The position numbers were made by a program, and so were the translations under genes. 32,887 nucleotides of DNA from positions 1 to 32,887 of IMG/VR virus record IMGVR_UViG_3300005611_000123, one strand, 5' to 3'. The DNA comes from a virus. Shown in pieces: positions 1 through 7,499 of the stretch. A model generated the notes under the pieces. The model was not told the DNA's origin, did not search any database, and saw only the letters and a program-made list of their open reading frames with translations. Numbering within the stretch: the first letter of the stretch is position 1; each line of letters starts with the position of its first letter.

Positions 1-77
1 GCTGGTATATCATCTAATGTAACAACAGTAGCTGGATTAAGTACAGAGATTACTGCTCTATCTGGTGTGAGTTCACA
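1..77. repeat. Terminal overlap, copy A (identical to 32811..32887)
   Basis: Base-by-base identity of the first 77 nt with the last 77 nt of the window. Confidence 0.97.
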
Positions 78-420
78 AGACCTTATTGATGTTGCCGCAC
101 TTAGTACAGAATTACAAACACTTGCCCCTATTGCTTCTGATATTACTACAGTTGCTGGAGTAAGTGGTAACGTAACAACAGTTGCAGGGATTAGTTCTGA
201 TGTTTCTACAGTATCTGGAATCTCAGCAAACACTACTACAGTTGCAGGTATCTCTGGTAATGTTACAACAGTAGCTGGTATCAGTTCAGATGTAAGTACA
301 GTTGCTGGTATTAGTGCTAATGTTACAACTGTTGCAGGTGATACAGCTAATATAGCTACAGTTGCTGGTAATACTACAAACATTAATACTGTTGCTACAA
401 ACATTACAGATGTAAATACA
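1..420 (+). repeat. 30-nt (decapeptide) tandem repeat array inside the tail fiber gene, part 2
   Basis: Units continue as IASDITTVAG VSGNVTTVAG ISSDVSTVSG ISANTTTVAG ISGNVTTVAG ISSDVSTVAG ISANVTTVAG DTANIATVAG NTTNINTVAT NITDVNT. One irregular 11-residue unit (VSSQDLIDVAA) sits near nt 67-100. Confidence 0.85.
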
Positions 421-2166
421 TTTGCTAATAGATATAGGATTTCTGCTACTGCACCAACTACATCATTAGATGTTGGTGATTTATACTACGATACAACAGA
501 TGATATAATGAAAGTGTATGGTAGTTCTGGGTGGCAAAATGCTGGTTCATCAGTTAATGGCACATCTGCACGATTCCAATACTCTGTAAGTTCTTCAACA
601 ACAACAATTACTGGAACAGACGACAATGGCAACACTTTATTATATGATGCAGGTTATGTTGACGTATACCTCAATGGTATTAAGATGGTTAATGGAAGTG
701 ATGTTACTGTTACCTCTGGTTCTTCTGTGGTATTCGCTACTGCTATCGGTACATCTGGTACTGACACTGTTGATATTATTGCTTACGGCACTTTCAATGT
801 TGCCGCTATTGATGCAACCTCGATAACAAGTGGCACACTGGGATATGCAAGAGGTGGTACAGGACTAGGTACTTTAGGTAGTGCTGATGAAGTATTACAA
901 GTTAATGCTGGTGGTACTGCACTAGAGTATGGCAAGGTACAAGCTGGTAACTTAGATGTTGCAAGTAATGGTACAGCAGGACAGGTATTAGCTAGTGATG
1001 GAGATGGAACATTTAGTTGGGCAGATGCACCGAGTGCTTTCTCTTACAATGCAGTATCAGGTACAACACCATCACTTGATGTTGGTTCTTATAACTTCTT
1101 CAATCAAGGTTCATTAACAGGTGATACAACAATTTCTTTTGCTAGTGTTCCAACAGAAGCAAAATGGGAATACACATTCCAAACATCAGGTGCGAGTGCA
1201 AACTATGATTTAACGAAAGTTGTTGCTGATGGAGAACAAGTAAGATTAAAAGGTGGGGGTGTTAAGACAAGTACTGATGCTAGTGCTAATACAGCTTATG
1301 GCATAGATTTTAGTTCTGATGGTTTAAATTTCTATATAACTGATGACCAGACAGATGCTGTTAAACAATATAGTTTAAAATCCCCTTACCACCTAAGTTC
1401 AGCAGAATATGTTTCTCAGTATAGTTTAACAGCAACTCTTGGTACTGCACCTGATGGTTTAAGGTTTAGTACTGATGGAACGAAGATGTACGTTTGTGTA
1501 AATGATAATGTAGTACAATATAATTTGTCTACAGCTTGGGCTTTATCAAGTATATCATCTAATACTATAAAAAATATAACAGCTACTACTCAGAATGTAC
1601 AGGCAATAGATTTTAAGAGCGATGGAACAAAAGTATTTCTTTTTCATGCAGATGGGATTATTCGCAGATACAGTCTTAGCACAGCATGGGATATATCTAC
1701 TCTTTCTTATGACACTAATTCTTTTAATGTAAATGCTGCTGTTTCAGCTGGAACTGACGAATGGGGAATGAGATTGAGTAGTGATGGTACAAAAATTATC
1801 GTTTTGCACCAAGATGGTAATTTGGTGAAATTAACTTTATCAACTGCTTATGATTTAAGTACAGCTAGTGTGTCGCAAGAACAAAATTGGAGTTCCTTTG
1901 CTCCACTTTATTATACTGCGGCAGATTTCGTTAGAGCCTTCCATATGCTACCTGATGGTAGTAAAATGTGGCTTCAAGGATATGACGAAGATACAATAAA
2001 TGGATATAACTTCATAGATGCTTATGACTTAACATTACCATCATCTGTTCAAAACGCACCAAAACCATTACTTGCAAATCAAACAGTTAAGTACACATTC
2101 TTTACAGGTGATGGTGGAACTAATGTATATTTGATTGACGAACAACAAACATGGAAGAAAATATAG
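1..2166 (+). CDS. Tail fiber protein, distal part (same gene as 32118..32887, joined across the contig junction)
   Basis: The frame is open from nt 1 (AGISSNVTTVAG...). It is in frame with the ORF starting at 32118 once 32811-32887 is superimposed on 1-77. Content: decapeptide repeats, then NGTAGQVLASDGDGTFSW, then five blades of type S(S/T)DGTK...LSTAWD(I/L)S. Stop at 2164-2166. The joined gene is 2859 nt (952 aa). Confidence 0.85.
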   Translation, partial: AGISSNVTTVAGLSTEITALSGVSSQDLIDVAALSTELQTLAPIASDITTVAGVSGNVTTVAGISSDVSTVSGISANTTTVAGISGNVTTVAGISSDVSTVAGISANVTTVAGDTANIATVAGNTTNINTVATNITDVNTFANRYRISATAPTTSLDVGDLYYDTTDDIMKVYGSSGWQNAGSSVNGTSARFQYSVSSSTTTITGTDDNGNTLLYDAGYVDVYLNGIKMVNGSDVTVTSGSSVVFATAIGTSGTDTVDIIAYGTFNVAAIDATSITSGTLGYARGGTGLGTLGSADEVLQVNAGGTALEYGKVQAGNLDVASNGTAGQVLASDGDGTFSWADAPSAFSYNAVSGTTPSLDVGSYNFFNQGSLTGDTTISFASVPTEAKWEYTFQTSGASANYDLTKVVADGEQVRLKGGGVKTSTDASANTAYGIDFSSDGLNFYITDDQTDAVKQYSLKSPYHLSSAEYVSQYSLTATLGTAPDGLRFSTDGTKMYVCVNDNVVQYNLSTAWALSSISSNTIKNITATTQNVQAIDFKSDGTKVFLFHADGIIRRYSLSTAWDISTLSYDTNSFNVNAAVSAGTDEWGMRLSSDGTKIIVLHQDGNLVKLTLSTAYDLSTASVSQEQNWSSFAPLYYTAADFVRAFHMLPDGSKMWLQGYDEDTINGYNFIDAYDLTLPSSVQNAPKPLLANQTVKYTFFTGDGGTNVYLIDEQQTWKKI

Positions 2167-2175
2167 GAGCAACAC

Positions 2176-3558
2176 ATGACTAAAGCAAGAGATATAGCAG
2201 ATGGTGTAGATACAGCCGATATAGCTGATGGTGCTATTAGTACGGCTAAACTAGCTGATAACTCTATCAATGCTACTAAGCTAGATGTTAGTGGTAATGG
2301 TACTGCTGGTCAGGTATTGAAGTCAGATGGTGATGGTTCATTTACTTGGATAGATACTGCTGATCCATTCACACCTACAACAGTAAGTGGCACTACTCCT
2401 AGCTTAGATTTAGGTAGTTATAATTTCTTTTCTCAAGGTTCTTTGAGTGGTAACACTACTTTATCTTTTGCTAATGTACCAACAAGTAAAAGATTTGCTT
2501 ATGACTTTGTACAAAATGGTTCAATAGATCAGCAAGCTGTTGTAGTAAATAGTCAGGTTGTGCATGATGACCTTACTGTAGATAGTGCGAGTGCTTCTTT
2601 CTTTTACAACTTAGTTAGCCGTTCTAATATGTACAATTTTACAATGAAACCTGATGGAACAAAATTTTATTTTGCTCCTAGTGGTTCACCTTATACTTTG
2701 TATGCTTTGGATTTATCTACTGCTTGGGATTTTAGTACAGCTACATATAATAGTGAAAACGCTACTTTGCAACATAACCCCTACTTAGCTTCTGAGTTCA
2801 GTCCTGATGGAACAAAATATTTCCAACAGAATGGCTCTAACTTATCTTGGGAAACTTATACATTATCCACAGCTTGGGATATTAGTACCATGAGTTATAC
2901 AAGAACAAAAAGTACTGAATGGGCTCTTAATGGTGGTATGTGGACTTGGAGTAGTGATGGTACAAAACTATATAATACCACTTATGCGACAAGTGGTGGT
3001 GGAGTAAAAATGTATACTTGTAGTACAGCATACGACACAAGCACAGCAGGTTCAGCTACCACAAGAAATTATAGTAGTATGGGATTGTATGCTGGTTTTT
3101 CAAGTGGTGATGGATTTAGCCAAATGCAAGTGAGTGAAGATGGTACAAAAATATCTGCACACGTTTTTGGGTATAATAGTAATATTCATTCATACGTTGC
3201 TTTGACAATGTCTACACCTTACGATATTTCAACTGCTACAATGGACACTAATGGCAATGTAAGTGTTGGTGGTAGTAGTACTATAAGTAAGTCCCAATAC
3301 TTTCCAGTTGATGGAGCTGGCTTTGGTTATTGGTTAACACAAGAAACCATTAATAGTCTTGTTCGCCTTTATGATGCAAGGTCTTACACACCTTATACTT
3401 TAACATTACCTGCATCAGTACAAAATTCTGATTATGCTACTGACCAGTCTGCTGGAAATGTTAGTGAAAAAACAGATAGAAGATTATACGAATTTGTAAC
3501 AACAGATGGTGGTACTAACATATGGTTAGTGGGCAATACAAAATATGACAACAACTAA
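2176..3558 (+). CDS. Second receptor-binding / tail fiber-like protein, paralogous to the distal half of the main fiber and lacking the gp17-like anchor
   Basis: RBS AGGAG at 2165-2169. The N-terminus reads DIADGAISTAKLADNSINATKLD, then NGTAGQVLKSDGDGSFTW and TVSGTTPSLDLGSYNFFSQGSL, matching the fiber at about nt 949-1150. Five DGTK...STAWD(F/I)ST blades follow. The C-terminal YEFVTTDGGTNIWLV matches YTFFTGDGGTNVYLI of the fiber. Confidence 0.8.
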   Translation: MTKARDIADGVDTADIADGAISTAKLADNSINATKLDVSGNGTAGQVLKSDGDGSFTWIDTADPFTPTTVSGTTPSLDLGSYNFFSQGSLSGNTTLSFANVPTSKRFAYDFVQNGSIDQQAVVVNSQVVHDDLTVDSASASFFYNLVSRSNMYNFTMKPDGTKFYFAPSGSPYTLYALDLSTAWDFSTATYNSENATLQHNPYLASEFSPDGTKYFQQNGSNLSWETYTLSTAWDISTMSYTRTKSTEWALNGGMWTWSSDGTKLYNTTYATSGGGVKMYTCSTAYDTSTAGSATTRNYSSMGLYAGFSSGDGFSQMQVSEDGTKISAHVFGYNSNIHSYVALTMSTPYDISTATMDTNGNVSVGGSSTISKSQYFPVDGAGFGYWLTQETINSLVRLYDARSYTPYTLTLPASVQNSDYATDQSAGNVSEKTDRRLYEFVTTDGGTNIWLVGNTKYDNN

Positions 3559-3570
3559 ATAGGAGTAACA

Positions 3571-3666
3571 ATGTTCAACATAATTAAAGAAGAAGAAATA
3601 GAAGGATTTAAATACGCAGTGTGGGAAGATTTCCACCCATTTGATATATTTCCAAGTAAAAAATAA
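3571..3666 (+). CDS. Small hypothetical protein (31 aa, MFNIIKEEEIEGFKYAVWEDFHPFDIFPSKK)
   Basis: AGGAG lies 5 nt upstream of the ATG. The stop overlaps the next start (TAATG). The ORF is below the track size cutoff. Confidence 0.5.
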   Translation: MFNIIKEEEIEGFKYAVWEDFHPFDIFPSKK

Positions 3667-3863
3667 TGCCAGATACAGAGATAACATTAGCAGTGATAAG
3701 CAACAAGATAGATACTCTTACAGAGAAAGTCTGCGAAAATCAAAAGCAGATTGATGATCTTAAAGAACAAGTCAACATGGGCAGAGGTGCTGTCAAGGTT
3801 GTGTTCTGGCTTGGTGCTATTGTTAGTGCTGTCTATACTGGCATAAGAATGTTAATGTCATGA
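3666..3863 (+). CDS. Small membrane protein (coiled-coil N-terminus, C-terminal TM helix VVFWLGAIVSAVYTGI)
   Basis: Translationally coupled on both sides (TAATG, ATGA). Single hydrophobic C-terminal segment. Confidence 0.65.
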   Translation: MPDTEITLAVISNKIDTLTEKVCENQKQIDDLKEQVNMGRGAVKVVFWLGAIVSAVYTGIRMLMS

Positions 3864-4270
3864 TACCTTTTCTAAGTTTATTATCCAATCCAATTACTAA
3901 GCTAGTAGCTGACAAGGTTATTGGTGGTGCTAAACATGCACTAGAAAAGAAAGCTATGATAAGAGAAGCAGAGGTGGAAGCTATCAAGCAGACAGACTTT
4001 GCTAAGATAAAGAAAGAAGAAGCTATTGCTAAGGCACAACAAGCTGTAATGAAAGAACAAGTCAAGGCTAGTCAGAAGTCTTGGAAGGATGAATACTTAA
4101 CTGTAGTATTTACTTGCATACTGGTAGCACACTTCATACCACAAACACAAGTACACATGACCAGAGGATGGGAGTTACTAGGCTCTGCACCTACAGAGTT
4201 CTGGTATATTATACTTACCATTGTTGCTGGTTCATTCGGTGTATCAACACTTACTAAGTGGAAAAAGTAA
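3860..4270 (+). CDS. Holin-like membrane protein (architecture resembles the 3-TM GTA-type holin family)
   Basis: N-terminal amphipathic/hydrophobic segment (IPFLSLLSNPITKLV), a charged helical middle, and two C-terminal TM segments (LTVVFTCILVAHFI and FWYIILTIVAGSFGVSTL). Located after the fiber genes. Confidence 0.5.
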   Translation: MIPFLSLLSNPITKLVADKVIGGAKHALEKKAMIREAEVEAIKQTDFAKIKKEEAIAKAQQAVMKEQVKASQKSWKDEYLTVVFTCILVAHFIPQTQVHMTRGWELLGSAPTEFWYIILTIVAGSFGVSTLTKWKK

Positions 4271-4331
4271 ACAATGTCTTGGTTTATATATAATGCAGTG
4301 CTACTCTCATAATAGTTCTTCTCCCAAGGTT

Positions 4332-4370
4332 AGTAAAAGGGATAGTCGTTACCTCGCTATCCCTTTTACT
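4332..4370 (+). terminator. Intrinsic terminator-like stem-loop
   Basis: AGTAAAAGGGATAG (4332-4345) pairs perfectly with CTATCCCTTTTACT (4357-4370). The GC core is GGGATAG/CTATCCC, followed by TTTTACTATT. It lies 60 nt after the stop at 4270. Confidence 0.6.
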
Positions 4371-4388
4371 ATTAAATGGTAAAGTAAG

Positions 4389-4652
4389 ATGAACAATTTT
4401 ATTTTGGTATTATATATATGCAGCATTGCCAATAATAATTGTGTTCCACCATTACAAAACGAACTTATATTTAATGATTGGTATAGTTGCATGGCAACAG
4501 GACATGAAGATGCTTTAGATCTTTATGCTAATCTTAATATAGAAAGTGTAAATGAAGAAAAGGTTGCTATTGGATTTGAATGTTCTGAAATACAAAGTGA
4601 ATACAGAGGGACTAACTATACTATTAAAGCAATTAAAATGATTAAAAATTAA
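4389..4652 (+). CDS. Hypothetical protein with N-terminal hydrophobic signal/anchor (FILVLYICSIA)
   Basis: ORF track; hydrophobic N-terminus. No family recognised. Confidence 0.55.
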   Translation: MNNFILVLYICSIANNNCVPPLQNELIFNDWYSCMATGHEDALDLYANLNIESVNEEKVAIGFECSEIQSEYRGTNYTIKAIKMIKN

Positions 4653-4666
4653 TGAAGGAGAAAGAT

Positions 4667-4831
4667 ATGTTTAAAATTCTTGATGTACTTGCAAAGATAG
4701 GTAAAACAAACCCATTTAAAAGCTCATACAGTAGCCTATTCTTTGAAAAATGTGGCTGTGGTTACAAAAAGCCTAAAGCTTCTGTATGGGCTTCTCTGCT
4801 CGTTCTAGGACTGTTTCTTTATTTCCTTTAA
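4667..4831 (+). CDS. Small tail-anchored membrane protein (54 aa, C-terminal VWASLLVLGLFLYFL)
   Basis: AAGGAG lies 7 nt upstream of the ATG. The ORF overlaps the 3' end of the minus-strand gene 4805..5167 convergently by 27 nt. It is below the track cutoff. Confidence 0.45.
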   Translation: MFKILDVLAKIGKTNPFKSSYSSLFFEKCGCGYKKPKASVWASLLVLGLFLYFL

Positions 4832-5167
4832 CTTTTGCTCATATGGTGGTTCATAGTTTGCATGGCTAACTATTAAATCTACAAACACATCCATAGGCAT
4901 AGCTACTATTGGATCATCATAGTCTTGTTTCATTACTAGTACATCAGCTTTACCCATCCAGTTGAGTATAGTTTTGAAACCAGAGCCAGACTTTCTTGCT
5001 TTGACTTCGACAATTAATCTCGGATTGTTGATGGATATGTCATGAGGAAAGTCTGCCAACGCACCAGAAAGGGGTTGACGTTTTGCATCAATCCCTTTCT
5101 TTTGCAAGTACTTGACCAACTCGTTCTCTACTCTATATCCTTTTCGCTTTGAACTTGATCCACCCAT
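4805..5167 (-). CDS. Holliday junction resolvase-like PD-(D/E)xK endonuclease (archaeal Hjc-like)
   Basis: KGYRVENELVKYLQKKG ... FPHDIS ... LIVEVKARK gives an E / D / E-x-K arrangement. Size is 120 aa. It is the last gene of the early unit. Confidence 0.65.
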   Translation of the reverse strand: MGGSSSKRKGYRVENELVKYLQKKGIDAKRQPLSGALADFPHDISINNPRLIVEVKARKSGSGFKTILNWMGKADVLVMKQDYDDPIVAMPMDVFVDLIVSHANYEPPYEQKLKEIKKQS

Positions 5168-5168
5168 G

Positions 5169-5435
5169 TCAATCTCTTATATGATTGTTATCTATAATTG
5201 GATAGACTTGTCTTGGTTGTTGTGTTCTACCTATCTTATGTATGAGTTTTTTTTCTATTAGATCTCTTACTATTCGATAGGCATTAGCTACAGTACCCAG
5301 GTCGCATCCTTCTCTGATCTCATCATAAGTTGGAGCAATTTTTTTTTGCTCAACGTACTTGACAATCCAATTATAAACATCAGATTGTCTTTCTGTAAGT
5401 ACCTTGAACTTATTTCTTTCACCAATACTAAACAT
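5169..5435 (-). CDS. LexA N-terminal DNA-binding domain-like winged-helix protein without a peptidase domain
   Basis: LTERQSDVYNWIVKYVEQKKIAPTYDEIREGCDLGTVANAYRIVRDLIEKKLI follows the LexA pattern LTxRQxEVxxxIxxxxxxxxxxPTxxEIxxxxxLxSxxxAxxxLxxLxxKGxI. At 88 aa there is no room for an S24 domain. Confidence 0.65.
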   Translation of the reverse strand: MFSIGERNKFKVLTERQSDVYNWIVKYVEQKKIAPTYDEIREGCDLGTVANAYRIVRDLIEKKLIHKIGRTQQPRQVYPIIDNNHIRD

Positions 5436-5445
5436 GATTTACCTA

Positions 5446-5856
5446 TTAAAATGGTATATTGTCAATTTCTTTTTGGGAAGATTGCATACCCTCTGGTGCA
5501 TGTTGGGTAGTAGCTGTTGGCACACTTGTATGATCACCTTTACTATCTAGTAATTCAATAGCACCACCATAACCTATGTGGATTTCGGATGACTTCTGTG
5601 TCACACCATCTCTTTCCCACGAGTTGTACGTAAGATACCCTTGAACTAGTATCTTACTACCAACTCTTGTGTATTGTTTTAACAACTCTACTTTTTTTTC
5701 ATCCCAGAATATAATCTTATGCCAATCTGTTTTCTTCTCGCCACCTGCATATCGGTGCGTGGCGAGAGAACAGATTGCATATGGCTTACCCCCACTTGTT
5801 GTTTCAAATTTAGTTTCTCCACCAATATTTCCTACTAGTGTTATACAATTATACAT
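5446..5856 (-). CDS. ssb: Single-stranded DNA-binding protein
   Basis: OB-fold signature: ITLVGNIGGETKFETTSGGKPYAICSLATHR...TDWHKIIFWDEKKVELLKQYTRVGSKILVQGYL. C-terminal tip is EIDNIPF. AAGGAG RBS. Confidence 0.9.
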   Translation of the reverse strand: MYNCITLVGNIGGETKFETTSGGKPYAICSLATHRYAGGEKKTDWHKIIFWDEKKVELLKQYTRVGSKILVQGYLTYNSWERDGVTQKSSEIHIGYGGAIELLDSKGDHTSVPTATTQHAPEGMQSSQKEIDNIPF

Positions 5857-5859
5857 ATG

Positions 5860-6426
5860 TTACTCCTTATAGTTGATGTATTTGTTTTCTAATCTATCCA
5901 GCCATGTCATGTGTACAGTCCTGGACACTTCCATGTGTCGTATAAAATCTACAGGCAGTGGTAGCTTTCGATAGCTAGTTGTCTGTATTATACTCTCACA
6001 ACATTCCTCAAGCATTAACTTGGGAAATTCTTTTAGTATCTTAAAATATTCTTCTAATCCTGTTTCATCTGGTAGATTGCATTGCAAAACAGAACATATC
6101 CTTGCAATGTATTCTGCAATATCTGTGTATGTAGCACTGCGAACTTCGTGACGTAACACTGGCAGTACCTTTACAATATCTTTATCTATTGGTACTCGAG
6201 GATTAAAGTTTTTGCTAGATCCGTGGAACAATTCGTATATCCTAGCTAGCATGCAATCGTTGAGCAATGGCAGAAAGAGTCTGGGTATTCTCCTCATTGC
6301 TTTTTGTTGTTCCTCTGTTAAATTTGAAAGACCTACGTATCCACATTCGGAACAAGGCATTCCAGTCTGCTGATCTGTCACCTTTAGATTTGTACCAATC
6401 TCTGAAATTACTGATTTCATATTCAT
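5860..6426 (-). CDS. Hypothetical protein (start uncertain; alternatives at 6360, 6297, 6252)
   Basis: ORF track. AGGGGT lies upstream of the ATG at 6426. The first 185 nt overlap ORF 6242..6697 in another frame. Confidence 0.6.
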   Translation of the reverse strand: MNMKSVISEIGTNLKVTDQQTGMPCSECGYVGLSNLTEEQQKAMRRIPRLFLPLLNDCMLARIYELFHGSSKNFNPRVPIDKDIVKVLPVLRHEVRSATYTDIAEYIARICSVLQCNLPDETGLEEYFKILKEFPKLMLEECCESIIQTTSYRKLPLPVDFIRHMEVSRTVHMTWLDRLENKYINYKE

Positions 6427-6697
6427 AATTTACCCCTATAAATTCTTGTTTGATTTCGTTAATAAAGTTTTGATTGGGTTCCCAATCATCTATCTGACTG
6501 CTTGTGGCAGACAAGATTACGTTAAGGTCCAGTGCATTACACCAGGCCTCAAAGTTCTGCATGTTAGGTATGGTTTCTCCACGTTCCCATTTGCCTACCA
6601 TTCTGTCAGCAACTCCAATCACATAAGCTAACTGCTCTAATGTATAATTAAGATACAGTCTGCGATCCTTTAGTTGCTTTAGTCTTTGCTGATACAT
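6242..6697 (-). CDS. XRE-family HTH protein with C-terminal extension (candidate replication organiser or regulator)
   Basis: LEQLAYVIGVADRMVGKWERGETIPNMQNFEAWCNAL is a classical HTH_3 motif. The C-terminal FRDWYKSKGDRSADWNALFRMWIRR resembles tails of phage replication-organiser proteins. The functional assignment is inference. Confidence 0.65.
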   Translation of the reverse strand: MYQQRLKQLKDRRLYLNYTLEQLAYVIGVADRMVGKWERGETIPNMQNFEAWCNALDLNVILSATSSQIDDWEPNQNFINEIKQEFIGVNYEYEISNFRDWYKSKGDRSADWNALFRMWIRRSFKFNRGTTKSNEENTQTLSAIAQRLHAS

Positions 6698-7013
6698 TCT
6701 TCTTCCTTTTGTATATGTTCATTTGAAATAAACTAGTTAGATTTTTCTTATGCCAATACAACATATCATACAACAAATACTCTGACTTACTTGATTTCAT
6801 AAGGTTAATCCAACTCTTATTTATCTCCCATATATCATCAAGTTCTTGTTGAGTTACAGCATTCATCATTCTTTTTTCTATATCAATAAATTGTTTACCA
6901 TATAGATAATTACTTAGCATATGATTATGATTTGTATTGTTTTCTGTATGATACTCTATCATTTCTATTTCCTTTCTTCTCGCTTGTATATCTAATTCCC
7001 ATTCACGATTCAT
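6648..7013 (-). CDS. Hypothetical protein
   Basis: ORF track. Part of the tightly packed minus-strand operon. Overlaps the downstream start by 50 nt. Confidence 0.55.
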   Translation of the reverse strand: MNREWELDIQARRKEIEMIEYHTENNTNHNHMLSNYLYGKQFIDIEKRMMNAVTQQELDDIWEINKSWINLMKSSKSEYLLYDMLYWHKKNLTSLFQMNIYKRKKNVSAKTKATKGSQTVS

Positions 7014-7014
7014 A

Positions 7015-7449
7015 TTATTTCTCCTGTATTACTTGTTCTCGATAGGTTTGCTTTTGTTTTTCTTCTTCTTTAAATTCATCTGCATCACCATCAGTGTATA
7101 AGTATGCATGAGCATTAAGCAGCTTAAGAACACATCTATCAACAGCACGTTTCTCTGCCATTGCATATAAGAAACTTTGCTTGGTTGTTTTTGCACTAGC
7201 TTCACCTAAGCTTTCCATTTTATTACCAGTTGATGGTTGGAATACTGTAGCTTTTACAACAACATCTGGTGCAAAGCTTAACACTTCAAGCTGCCATTGC
7301 ATTTTCTCTGCTAGAGCTACCCTTTCCATTGCATTGTGTTTGATAATCCATTGCTCTCTGCCACCAACTTTAAGTTGCCAAAAATCTTCACCACTTAATT
7401 GGTATTTAGTTTTGAAGTCGTTGATTAATTGATCTGTATATGTACTCAT
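7015..7449 (-). CDS. Putative single-strand annealing protein (short RecT/Red-beta-like core), partner of the exonuclease
   Basis: Lies immediately downstream of the YqaJ-type exonuclease. SLGEASAKTTKQSFLYAMAEKRAVDRCVLKLL resembles the conserved C-terminal helix of annealing proteins. Synteny is exo / SSAP / ... / SSB. At 144 aa it is short for the family. Confidence 0.4.
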   Translation of the reverse strand: MSTYTDQLINDFKTKYQLSGEDFWQLKVGGREQWIIKHNAMERVALAEKMQWQLEVLSFAPDVVVKATVFQPSTGNKMESLGEASAKTTKQSFLYAMAEKRAVDRCVLKLLNAHAYLYTDGDADEFKEEEKQKQTYREQVIQEK

Positions 7450-7499
7450 ATATCTTCTCCTTATTTAAATGTTATGTTAATAATATTACAACAATACCT

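Noticed and set aside
1-77. The 77-nt identical ends as biological direct terminal repeats
   Set aside because: The overlap falls in the middle of the tail fiber coding sequence and has exactly a common assembler k-mer length. It is much more likely a circularisation artefact than a packaging DTR.
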